Assembly: GCA_036381125.1 (NCBI GenBank)
Contig: DASVDK010000124.1
Location: 1 to 34,888, forward strand
DNA length: 34,888 bases
Reading direction: 5' to 3'
DNA from: Thermodesulfobacteriota bacterium
GTDB lineage: Bacteria > DASVDK01
Shown: positions 19,099 through 26,710 of the stretch, piece by piece
Numbering within the stretch: position 1 is the stretch's first letter
Layout: the number at the start of each line of letters is the position of its first letter
Notes under the pieces: model-generated
Database searches by the model: none
Told to the model about the DNA's origin: nothing
Seen by the model: the letters and a program-made list of their open reading frames with translations, nothing else
Made by a program: the position numbers and the translations under genes

Positions 19099-20522
19099 TC
19101 GCCTCCGCTCCGCACGGGGACCTCGCCTTCCTCGGCCTCGCCGAGGCGAGCCGCCGCCTCGCCGAGGGCGGCATCTCGGCCGTGGACCTGACCGAGGCGA
19201 TGCTCGCCCGCATCGAGGCGCTGAACCCGAGGTTGAACGCGTTCCTGGCGGTCGAGGCCGACCGGGCGCGAGCCGCGGCGCGGGAGTCGGACGCCCGCCG
19301 CGCCGCCGGTCGCGCCCGCGGCCCCCTCGACGGCATCCCGATCGCCGTGAAGGACATCGTCTGGCGTGCCGGGCGGCCGATGACTGCGGGGGCGAAGCGT
19401 CCGGTGGTCGAGCGGGCGCCGGAGGACGCCACGGTCGTGGCCCGCCTCGAGGCCGCCGGGGCGATCATCCTGGGCGCCACGGGTCTGCACGAGTTCGCCT
19501 ACGGGGTGACGAGCGTCAACCCGCATCACGGGCCGGTGCGCAACCCCTGGGCCATCGACCGCAACCCCGGCGGCTCGTCCGGCGGCTCCGGCGCGGCCGT
19601 GGCCGCCGGGCTGGCGTACGGCGCGCTCGGCACGGACACCGGCGGCTCCATCCGCATCCCGGCCTCGGTCTGCGGCATCGTCGGCCTCAAGCCAACCTAC
19701 GGGCGCGTCTCGCGGCACGGCGTCTTCCCGCTCGCCTGGTCGCTCGACCACGTGGGGCCCATGACGCGGCGCGTCGAGGACGCCGCGCTGCTGCTCGAGG
19801 CCATCGCGGGCGCCGATCCGGCCGACCCCACGGCGAGCCGGCGGCCGGTGCCGGCCTACGCCTCGCGCCTCGGGCGGAGCGCGAACCCGCCGCTCGCGGG
19901 GCTGCGCGTGGGGGTGCCGCGCGGCTTCTTCTTCGACCGCGCGGAGCCCGAGGTCGCGGGCATCGTCCGGGCGGCGATCGACCGGCTCGCCGGTCTCGGC
20001 GCCGCGGTGCGGGAGGTCGCGCTGCCGAAGCACGAGGCGAGCGTCCCGGCGGCGCTCCTCGTCCTGCTCGCGGAGGCGGCGGCGGTCCACGCGCGCCGCC
20101 TGGCCGAGGCGCCCGGCGACTACGGCGAGGACGTGCGGGCGCGGCTCGAGCAGGGGCGCCTCGTCCCCGCGTCGGACTACCTGGCCGCGCAGCGCGCGCG
20201 GGCGGTCGTCAGGCGCGAGCTGGCCGAGGTGCTGCGCGAGGTCGACTGCATCGCGACGCCGACCACCCCGACCACGGCGGGCCCGCTGTCGGAAGGGGCG
20301 AGCGGCCCGGCTGACGCGGCGCGGCGTGCGATGACGCACTTCACGCGCCCGTTCAACCTGACCGGCTTCCCGGCGCTCTCGATGCCCTGCGGCTTCACGG
20401 CCGAGGGTTTGCCCGTGGGGCTCCAGCTCGTCGGCCGTCCGTTCGAGGAGGGCACGCTCCTGGCCGCGGCGGCACCGCTCGAAGCGGCTCTCGGGCTCAC
20501 GGCGCGGCGCCCGACGGCGTAG
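19095..20522 (+). CDS. amidase signature family enzyme (GatA/AtzE-like)
   Basis: GPLDGIPIAVKD (Lys), PGGSSGGSGAAVAAG and LGTDTGGSIRIPAS (Ser-cisSer-Lys triad). No gatB is adjacent, so it is not called gatA. Confidence 0.92.
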   Translation: MIASAPHGDLAFLGLAEASRRLAEGGISAVDLTEAMLARIEALNPRLNAFLAVEADRARAAARESDARRAAGRARGPLDGIPIAVKDIVWRAGRPMTAGAKRPVVERAPEDATVVARLEAAGAIILGATGLHEFAYGVTSVNPHHGPVRNPWAIDRNPGGSSGGSGAAVAAGLAYGALGTDTGGSIRIPASVCGIVGLKPTYGRVSRHGVFPLAWSLDHVGPMTRRVEDAALLLEAIAGADPADPTASRRPVPAYASRLGRSANPPLAGLRVGVPRGFFFDRAEPEVAGIVRAAIDRLAGLGAAVREVALPKHEASVPAALLVLLAEAAAVHARRLAEAPGDYGEDVRARLEQGRLVPASDYLAAQRARAVVRRELAEVLREVDCIATPTTPTTAGPLSEGASGPADAARRAMTHFTRPFNLTGFPALSMPCGFTAEGLPVGLQLVGRPFEEGTLLAAAAPLEAALGLTARRPTA

Positions 20523-20564
20523 CGGCCGGGCCCACGGACGTGGGGTCGGCGGGCCCGGATCCGC

Positions 20565-20594
20565 TTGACACGCTCGCGGACCGGGGACTAGCGT
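20565..20594 (+). promoter_or_regulatory. sigma70-type promoter with no conventional gene downstream
   Basis: TTGACA (20565-20570)-N18-TAGCGT (20589-20594); predicted start near 20601. Confidence 0.6.
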
Positions 20595-20600
20595 GAAGCT

Positions 20601-20684
20601 GTGGCGTTCGACGGGCGGGGCCATGTCCTGGCCGGCGCCCGGGCGCGTCGCGCGACGTGCAGGATGCCGGCCCCCGCCACTTTC
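20601..20684 (+). ncRNA. candidate structured sRNA or 5' leader, family not recognised
   Basis: Begins at the predicted TSS. GTGGCG/CGCCAC, GGGGCC/GGCCCC and TCCTG/CAGGA form a nested long stem followed by TTTCC. Confidence 0.35.
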
Positions 20685-20703
20685 CACAAAAGGGGGGTCC
20701 GCC

Positions 20704-20775
20704 ATGGACACTACGCCGCCGGGCTCATCTGGCCCCTCCGGGGGCCTCGACGGACACACGCCTGAGCACGACTGA
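20704..20775 (+). CDS. candidate small ORF (23 aa, MDTTPPGSSGPSGGLDGHTPEHD); possible UGA read-through to 20940
   Basis: Purine-rich SD AAAAGGGGGG just upstream of ATG 20704, downstream of a promoter. Codon usage is less GC3-biased than neighbouring genes, so coding status is doubtful. Confidence 0.3.
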   Translation: MDTTPPGSSGPSGGLDGHTPEHD

Positions 20776-20908
20776 CCGGCCTGTGCGGGGGCGTCGCGAG
20801 ACGCCCCGACCGCGCGGCCGGACAACCGACCAGGCTCGACGGTCCGGCGGGTCGACGCGCCGCACGCGGCCGGGACGCCGCGGGCCGAATTCAGAGCCGA
20901 GACGATGC

Positions 20909-20947
20909 AAAAGGGGGCCACGGCGACGCGCGCGCCGTGACCCCCTT
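20909..20947 (-). terminator. intrinsic terminator of the zinc-ribbon gene (possibly bidirectional)
   Basis: Minus strand AAGGGGGTCACGGCG-loop-CGCCGTGGCCCCCTTTT. The one non-Watson-Crick position is a G-U pair on the minus strand only. Confidence 0.7.
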
Positions 20948-21035
20948 CGTCTCTTCGGCCACAGCCGTCCGCTGCCGCCTCCCGCATGGCGGAACGCGGT
21001 TCGGCACCCGCCGGGTGTCGGGTGACGGTGTCGGG

Positions 21036-21377
21036 TTACCGGCTAGCCTGGAAGCAGGACCGGCAGAGGATCTTGCGGCCCGGCGTCGGCTGGAACGGGA
21101 CCTGGGACGGCTGCTGGCAGTTGTCGCAGATGATGTCGTACATCTGCCGCCCGCCGCCGCGCGCCATTCCGCCGTTGCCCGGTCCCGCGGTGTAGGAGCC
21201 GCCGCGGTCGAGCATCGCCCCGCCGCCTTTGGCGCGCTTGGCTTCGTCCCGGCATGCACGACAGCGCTTGGGCTCGTTCGTGTAGCCCTTCTCCTGGTAG
21301 AACTCCTGCTCTCCGGCGGTGAACACGAACGTGTTGCCGCACTGGACGCACGTGATCTGCTTGTCGGTAAAGGCCAT
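21036..21377 (-). CDS. zinc-ribbon plus CxxC-x17-CxxC domain protein
   Basis: FTDKQITCVQCG..FVFTAGEQEFYQEKG..NEPKRCRAC, a Gly/Arg linker, then RQMY...CDNC....VPFQP..GR...CRSCF. Confidence 0.92.
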   Translation of the reverse strand: MAFTDKQITCVQCGNTFVFTAGEQEFYQEKGYTNEPKRCRACRDEAKRAKGGGAMLDRGGSYTAGPGNGGMARGGGRQMYDIICDNCQQPSQVPFQPTPGRKILCRSCFQASR

Positions 21378-21446
21378 TGCCGTCGTGATGCCTCGTCTAG
21401 GGAAAGAGAGATGCGAAAGTATCCGGATTCGGGCCGGATTTCCCTC

Positions 21447-21476
21447 AGGCTACGCTCGGCGGCGAGCGCGAGTCAA
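21447..21476 (-). promoter_or_regulatory. sigma70-type promoter for the zinc-ribbon gene
   Basis: Minus strand TTGACT (21476-21471)-N18-TAGCCT (21452-21447). Confidence 0.6.
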
Positions 21477-21610
21477 GCACGAAGTTTTGCACCCCGAGGC
21501 GGCCCGGTCCGGCGCCGGGGGCTGCCGGCGGCTCCGCCGGGGGTGACCGCCCGATTGCGCTCGAACGGGGCGCCGCCGGATTGCCTGCCTCCGGCGGCCT
21601 TGCCCCGGCC

Positions 21611-21626
21611 CGGCACGGGCCTCGCA
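21611..21626 (+). promoter_or_regulatory. sigma54 -24/-12 promoter candidate for the PRC/YsnF gene
   Basis: CGGCACG-GGCC-TCGCA with GG-N10-GC spacing, 80 nt upstream of GTG 21707. Confidence 0.5.
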
Positions 21627-21706
21627 GAACAGGCCCTCCTGTTGGGAGGGGACCACCTGTGCCGCCCGGCGGGGGCACACAGACGCATTCCGAAGGAGGC
21701 AGGACT

Positions 21707-22525
21707 GTGGCGACCAGATTTCCGGGAGGACTCCGACGCCTCTCGCAACTCGAGGACTACGAGGTCGAGACCGGATACCCGGACGTTCGCGGGTGGCGGC
21801 TCGAGGACCAGGAGGGGCGCGACATCGGGTCCGTGACGGACCTCCTGGTCGACACCGCCAGGGACGTGCCGGTATCCGTGATGATCCACCTCAAGGACCG
21901 CAACTGGTTCCTCGAGCTGTTCAGCGAGGAGGAGAACGGGCGGTTGCCTCTCTCCGCCATCTCGCTCGACGAGGACAGGCAGGTCGTGAGGCTGACGAGG
22001 CCGATCGAGCAGGTGCTCCAGCAGCGCGAGACCGTCGAGAGGCCCACGGCCGCGACGACGACCGGGACCACGATCGGGACCGCGACGACGCCCGGCGCCG
22101 CCGAGACGGGACCCGAGGAGACGGTCGACCTCGTCGAGGAGCACCTCGAGGTCGAGAAGGGGCGCGAGAAGGCGGGCGAGGTCCGGATCGGCAAGGCGGT
22201 CGAGCACGAGACCGTCCACCGCGAGGTCCCGGTCGAGCGAGAGGAGGTCGTCGTCGAGCGCGAGCGACTCGACCAGCCCATCGCCGCCAGCGAGGCGGCC
22301 GCACACCTGGAGGGGCGTGCGGGCGAGGTGATCGTGCCGATCTACCGCGAGGAGGTCGAGGTGACGACCCGACCGGTCGTCGCGGAGCGGCTGCGGATCC
22401 GCAAGCGAATGGTCCAGGAGACTCGCGACGTGACCGGGGAGGTGCGCCGGGAGCGTGCCGTCGTCGAGGGGACGGACCCGGAGGACCGGCCGTCCGGCGG
22501 CGGCGCACGCCGCAAGCGCGCCTAG
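21707..22525 (+). CDS. PRC-barrel plus YsnF/AvaK (DUF2382) stress-type protein
   Basis: RBS AAGGAGG. PDVRGW.L.D..G..IG.V.DLLVD is PRC-barrel; LVEEHLEVEK...GEVRIGK.VE, VPVEREEVVVER and IVPIYREEVEV are YsnF repeats. Confidence 0.9.
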   Translation: MATRFPGGLRRLSQLEDYEVETGYPDVRGWRLEDQEGRDIGSVTDLLVDTARDVPVSVMIHLKDRNWFLELFSEEENGRLPLSAISLDEDRQVVRLTRPIEQVLQQRETVERPTAATTTGTTIGTATTPGAAETGPEETVDLVEEHLEVEKGREKAGEVRIGKAVEHETVHREVPVEREEVVVERERLDQPIAASEAAAHLEGRAGEVIVPIYREEVEVTTRPVVAERLRIRKRMVQETRDVTGEVRRERAVVEGTDPEDRPSGGGARRKRA

Positions 22526-22601
22526 GGGGTCAGGTCTTTCCATTTTCCAGGGGGTCAGGTCTTTCCGTTTTCCAGACCGGAGAACGTTGGGGTCTGACCC
22601 C
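22526..22601. repeat. REP-like repeat cluster 2
   Basis: GGGGTCAGGTCTTTCC(A/G)TTTTCCAG twice in tandem (22526-22550, 22551-22575), then an oppositely oriented degenerate variant CCGGAGAACGTTGGGGTCTGACCCC (22577-22601). It fills the gap between convergent stop codons. Confidence 0.9.
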
Positions 22602-22610
22602 CGCGACTGC

Positions 22611-23483
22611 CTAGCGGGCCGACACGGGCGAGGGGACGAGGACCTGGCGCAGGCGAGCGTCGAGCGACCCGACGGCCGCGCTTCCGGCAAGGCGCACCGG
22701 CACGCGGCGGGCGTCCGTCGTGAGCCAGATCCGTCCCCGACCGCCGAAAAGCCCTCCCTCGTCGGTCGAGCGCCCGTTCGCCTCGACCGGGAAGATCTCG
22801 ATGGTCTCGAAGCGGCCGGCCGGCGTGCCGACGAGGACCGGCCCTCGTGCCTCGAAGGTTACCGACGTCACCTCCTGCTTCCGATAGACGGGGATCGTCA
22901 GGCGACTGCCCGGCGCGAGCGGCTTCACGCGCAGGTGGTACACGAGGCCGAGGCCGTCGACGACCGGCGTGTCGAGCGGCCTGGTGATCGTGTCGCCCGG
23001 AATCTCCCGCCGAACGAAGCGGCCGGCCGTCGGCTCGAACCTGACGATGCGGTGACGGTAACGGCTCCGCTGCTGGCTCCAGGTCTCGGTCCGGCGCGTG
23101 AAGAGGAAGAGCGGGTCGAGGAGGCTCTCGATGCGGTCCTCGAGCCGGTAGAAGCGCGCCACCAGGCCGCGTGTCCGCGCCGCGTAGCGAACCAGCAGCC
23201 CGGAGAGGCCGTCCACCGTCGTCGGTCCGAGGACCGTGAGGCTCGCATCGCCCGCGCTGATCCCCTGGTAGTCGACCGCGTACTCGAGGTACTCGCCGTC
23301 GACGAAGGGGCGCGAGCCGGCGGCGAGCGGCGGGTAGGGGGGCGGCGTCGGCCGCTGCGGCTCCCGCACGACCTGCCCCTTGGCCGCGTCGTCCTCGCGG
23401 GGCAGGATCGCGGCGCCGGCCGCCCCGGGCCAGGCCAGCGCGGCGCCGAGGCCGCCGAGGAGCGCGCGCCGCGTCACCGACAC
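22611..23483 (-). CDS. DUF3108 domain exported protein with Tat-like signal
   Basis: TRRALLGGLG signal; PF..GEYLEY.V.Y.GI.AG, TPAGRFETI and RIWLTTDARRVPVRL are typical of DUF3108. Confidence 0.78.
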   Translation of the reverse strand: MSVTRRALLGGLGAALAWPGAAGAAILPREDDAAKGQVVREPQRPTPPPYPPLAAGSRPFVDGEYLEYAVDYQGISAGDASLTVLGPTTVDGLSGLLVRYAARTRGLVARFYRLEDRIESLLDPLFLFTRRTETWSQQRSRYRHRIVRFEPTAGRFVRREIPGDTITRPLDTPVVDGLGLVYHLRVKPLAPGSRLTIPVYRKQEVTSVTFEARGPVLVGTPAGRFETIEIFPVEANGRSTDEGGLFGGRGRIWLTTDARRVPVRLAGSAAVGSLDARLRQVLVPSPVSAR

Positions 23484-23487
23484 GAGG

Positions 23488-24282
23488 TCAGGCGCCCTGC
23501 GGCCGGAACTCGGCGCGCGCCTCGGGCAGCCATGCCTTGATCTGCGCGATGCGGCGCTCGTCCGAGGGGTGCGTCGAGAGGAACTCGGGCGGCTTGTTGC
23601 CGCCGCCGCCCGCCTCCGCCATCCGCTCCCAGAAGCCGATGGCGGCCTCGGGGTCGTAGCCGGCGCGGGCCATGTAGCGTAGGCCGATCCGGTCGGCCTC
23701 GCTCTCCTGCTTGCGGCTGAAGGGAAGGATGACGCCGACCGACGCGCCGGCGCCGAGGGCGCCGACGATCGCCTTCGTCCGCTCCGGGTCGCCGCCGCCG
23801 AGCGCCACGCCGCCGCCGAGGGCGATGAGCTGCGCGAGTTGCCCCTGGCTCATCCGCTCGGCGCCGTGTCGCGCCGTCGCGTGGGCGACCTCGTGGCCCA
23901 TGACGACGGCTAGGCCGGCGTCGTCCCGCGTGACCGGCAGGATGCCGGTGTAGACCGCCACCTTGCCGCCCGGCAGGCAGAACGCGTTGACCTGCTTCGG
24001 GTCGTCGATCACCGTGAACTCCCAGTCGTAGTCCCTGCCGCTCGCCCGTGCGATCCGCTCGCCGACCCGCTTCACCTGGGCGTTGACGGCAGGGTCGGTG
24101 GACAGCTTCTGCCCCTTGAGGATCTCCTGGTAGGCCTGCAGGCCGAGCGACGCCTCCTGCGACTCGCTCAGGAAGATGAGCTGCGACCGGCCGGTCTCGG
24201 GCACGGTCGCGCAGCCGGCGGCGACGAACGCCGCGCCGGCGACGAGGAACTGGCGGCGACTGCAACAGGTGGTGTGCATCAC
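23488..24282 (-). CDS. M48 family zinc metallopeptidase lipoprotein (LoiP/YggG-like)
   Basis: SRRQFL twin-Arg and lipobox AAGC; NAFCLPGGKVAVYTG, GHEVAH, FSRKQESEAD and FLSTHP. Confidence 0.93.
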   Translation of the reverse strand: MMHTTCCSRRQFLVAGAAFVAAGCATVPETGRSQLIFLSESQEASLGLQAYQEILKGQKLSTDPAVNAQVKRVGERIARASGRDYDWEFTVIDDPKQVNAFCLPGGKVAVYTGILPVTRDDAGLAVVMGHEVAHATARHGAERMSQGQLAQLIALGGGVALGGGDPERTKAIVGALGAGASVGVILPFSRKQESEADRIGLRYMARAGYDPEAAIGFWERMAEAGGGGNKPPEFLSTHPSDERRIAQIKAWLPEARAEFRPQGA

Positions 24283-24367
24283 GTGGACACCCTCCCTCCC
24301 GGGCGGTGCGGGGCATGATAGCGCGGCCGGCGCGGCGCTCGTGGGCCTGCCGAGCTACAACCATCCC

Positions 24368-25051
24368 ATGAGCCGGGATGCCGAGCAGCGGGACGACGAG
24401 CGCGTCTTCGCCGAGGCGCGCGCCGCGCTCGTCGCCGCCCTCGCAGCCGAACGGGTGGGCGACGAGCGGACGCTCGCGGCCATGGCACGGGTGCCGCGTC
24501 ACCGCTTCGTCCCCGAGGCGCTCCGCGACCTCGCGTACGAGGACCGCGCGCTGCCGATCGGGGCCGACCAGACGATCAGCCAGCCGCGCATGGTCGCCGC
24601 CATGACCGCCGCGCTCGCGCCGAAGCCCGACGAATCGGTCCTCGAGATCGGCACCGGCAGCGGCTATCAGACGGCCGTCCTCGCGGAGCTCTGCGCGACG
24701 GTCTTCACCATCGAGCGGCGGGCGGCGCTGGCCGCCGCGGCGGCGGCCCGGCTCGCCGCGCTCGGCTACGCCAACGTCCGCACGCGGGTCGGCGACGGGA
24801 GGCTCGGGTGGCCCGAGGCGGCCCCGTTCCCGGCCATCCTGGTCACCGCCGGCGCGGAGACGCTCCCCGAGGCGCTCTGGTCCCAGCTTGCCGAGGGGGG
24901 GCGGGTCGTGGCCCCGCTCGGGCCGGCGCGGCGGCTCGTGCTGACGCGGATCGACAAGACGGACGGCGCCCCCCGCGAGACCACCTTCGGCCTCTGCGCC
25001 TTCGTGCCGCTCCTCCCCGGCGAGGTCCCGGACGAGGAGGACCGGGCGTGA
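24368..25051 (+). CDS. pcm: protein-L-isoaspartate(D-aspartate) O-methyltransferase
   Basis: VPRHRFVP..AYEDRALPIG..QTISQP, VLEIGTGSGYQTAVLAEL, GDGRLGWPEAAPF and FVPL. Confidence 0.95.
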   Translation: MSRDAEQRDDERVFAEARAALVAALAAERVGDERTLAAMARVPRHRFVPEALRDLAYEDRALPIGADQTISQPRMVAAMTAALAPKPDESVLEIGTGSGYQTAVLAELCATVFTIERRAALAAAAAARLAALGYANVRTRVGDGRLGWPEAAPFPAILVTAGAETLPEALWSQLAEGGRVVAPLGPARRLVLTRIDKTDGAPRETTFGLCAFVPLLPGEVPDEEDRA

Positions 25052-25710
25052 ACCCCGTTCGCGAGGCCTTCGCCCTCGCCGGTCCCGCCGGGCCGCTCGA
25101 GGCGCTGTACGAAGTCGGGGTGTCGGACCGCGGCGCCGCGGCCCTCGTCCTCCACCCGCACCCGCTCCACGGCGGGACGATGCACAACAAGGTCGTCTAC
25201 CGGCTTGCCCGGGCCCTCAGGCGCGCCGGGCTCGCCACCCTGCGCATCAACTTCCGCGGCGTCGGCGCGAGCGCCGGGCGCTACGGCGAGGGCCGCGGCG
25301 AGGTCGAGGACGCGCGTGCGGCCCTCGACTGGCTCGCGGCGCGCCGCGCGGAGCAGCCGCTCTGGGTGGCAGGGTTCTCCTTCGGGGCCTGGGTGGGGGT
25401 CACGCTCGGTGCGAGCGACCCGCGCGTCGTGCGGGTCGTCGCCGCCGGCCTGCCGGTGCGACTGGACGGCCTCGCCGCCGTCGCCGACCTCGGGCATCGG
25501 CCGCTCCTCGTCGTCCAGGGCGAGCACGACGAGCACGGCCCGCCGTCCGCCGTCCGCGACGCGCTCGCCGCACGCCCGACCGCTCGACTCCGCGTGGTGC
25601 CCGGCACGGACCACTTCTTCGAGGGACGGCTCGACGACCTCGAGCGCGAGGTGCTCGCGTTCGCCGAGGAGGGCCTCGACGCCGATGCGGGTCCGAGCCC
25701 TCGCCCCTGA
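25048..25710 (+). CDS. alpha/beta hydrolase (HPHP..GG.M.NKV family)
   Basis: HPHPLHGGTMHNKVV, NFRGVG.S.G, GFSFG, QGEHDE and DHFF; GTGA overlap with the pcm stop. Confidence 0.9.
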   Translation: MNPVREAFALAGPAGPLEALYEVGVSDRGAAALVLHPHPLHGGTMHNKVVYRLARALRRAGLATLRINFRGVGASAGRYGEGRGEVEDARAALDWLAARRAEQPLWVAGFSFGAWVGVTLGASDPRVVRVVAAGLPVRLDGLAAVADLGHRPLLVVQGEHDEHGPPSAVRDALAARPTARLRVVPGTDHFFEGRLDDLEREVLAFAEEGLDADAGPSPRP

Positions 25711-25719
25711 ACCCGGCCC

Positions 25720-25735
25720 TGGCACACGGATTGCG
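25720..25735 (+). promoter_or_regulatory. sigma54 -24/-12 promoter
   Basis: TGGCAC-ACGGA-TTGCG, a near-consensus TGGCAC-N5-TTGC, 60 nt upstream of ATG 25796. Confidence 0.75.
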
Positions 25736-25795
25736 CGTAGGGCGCCGACGCGCGACCCGGGAGGGTTGCGCCCCACGGCACAAGGAGGCCCATCG

Positions 25796-26158
25796 ATGGC
25801 ACGCGCGGAATCCCAGTCGGGCTCCCAGGCACAGGGGATGACGGAGAAGGCGAAGGAGGCCGGCACGCAGGTGATGCAGAAGGCCGATCAGATGGCGAGC
25901 ATGCCGATGCGGGCGGGCGAGCAGGCGCCGTCGAAGGCGTACATGGGCGCCGTGATCGGCTCGATCCTCGCGTCGCTCGGCCTCTTCCTGGCCGGGCGCA
26001 CCGCGGCCGGCATCTTCGTCGGCCTCTGGGCGCCGACGATCCTCAACCTCGGGCTCTTCAACAAGCTCCTGCAACCGTCGCAGGAGTCGTCGATGACCGG
26101 CGGGCAGGGCTACGGGCGGATGGGCGGGACGACGACCGAGGCCGGCCGAGCCTCCTAG
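25796..26158 (+). CDS. small membrane protein of unknown function (FVG.WAPT.L.LG..NKL motif)
   Basis: RBS AAGGAGG; hydrophilic N-terminus (TEKAKEAGTQVMQKA) and two hydrophobic segments; strong GC3 bias. Confidence 0.8.
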   Translation: MARAESQSGSQAQGMTEKAKEAGTQVMQKADQMASMPMRAGEQAPSKAYMGAVIGSILASLGLFLAGRTAAGIFVGLWAPTILNLGLFNKLLQPSQESSMTGGQGYGRMGGTTTEAGRAS

Positions 26159-26212
26159 CCCACGCGCGCGGCGCACCGCTCCCGCGAGCCCGCGTCGCAG
26201 GCCCTGGCGGAC

Positions 26213-26239
26213 GGGTCGGGTCTCGTCAGGTCTCGACCC
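26213..26239. repeat. degenerate REP-like palindrome at a convergent junction
   Basis: GGGTCGGGTCTCGTCAGGTCTCGACCC contains the GTCAGGTCT core and the stop codon of the 26226-26582 gene. Confidence 0.5.
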
Positions 26240-26582
26240 GTTCCCGCGCCTCGGACGGTGGAACGGGGACCGGCCCGACCCCGGCGGTCGGGGCCTGACC
26301 CGCGCGTCCGGGGAGGCCGGCCGCGACGCGGGCCGCCGCGCGGCGTACCGCCAGGACGAGCCGGTGCTCGTCGAACGGGTCGGGCGCGACGACGACCGCC
26401 GTGCCGGCCGGCAGCGCGGCCGCCAGCGGCTCGACCGTCACGACGACCGCCGCGCCGTCGCTCAGGCCGTCGGCAAGCGCCGCCTCGGAGAGGCACACCT
26501 CCACCGCGAAGCCCTCGAACGCGAGCACGTGCTTGATGAGATAGGCGATCGTGCGATCGCCGGCGAGGCAGAGCACCCGCAT
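26226..26582 (-). CDS. degenerate receiver (CheY-like) domain protein
   Basis: MRVLCLAGD..IAYLIKHVLAFEGFAVE and PDPFDEHRLVLAVRR mirror the REC N- and C-terminal patterns. No Asp in beta3 and no conserved Lys are apparent. Confidence 0.55.
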   Translation of the reverse strand: MRVLCLAGDRTIAYLIKHVLAFEGFAVEVCLSEAALADGLSDGAAVVVTVEPLAAALPAGTAVVVAPDPFDEHRLVLAVRRAAARVAAGLPGRAGQAPTAGVGPVPVPPSEARERVET

Positions 26583-26648
26583 GGACTTTCCCCCGTCGAC
26601 GTGCGCGGACCGGATACCCGACTATCCGGCAGCCGCGCCGCGTCCCAT

Positions 26649-26664
26649 AGCACGCGGCGTGCCG
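26649..26664 (-). promoter_or_regulatory. sigma54 -24/-12 promoter candidate for the pseudo-receiver gene
   Basis: Minus strand CGGCACG-CCGC-GTGCT with GG-N10-GC spacing. Confidence 0.45.
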
Positions 26665-26710
26665 GGGCATCGGGGTCGGGCCGGAGCGAATCCGGCCCGA
26701 AGACGGCCGG

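Noticed and set aside
19095..20522. Calling the amidase gatA
   Set aside because: No gatB is adjacent, and the sequence looks like a general amidase-signature enzyme.
20595..20780. 6S RNA
   Set aside because: The 5' end is vaguely similar, but no ~180-nt rod with a central bubble could be built by eye.
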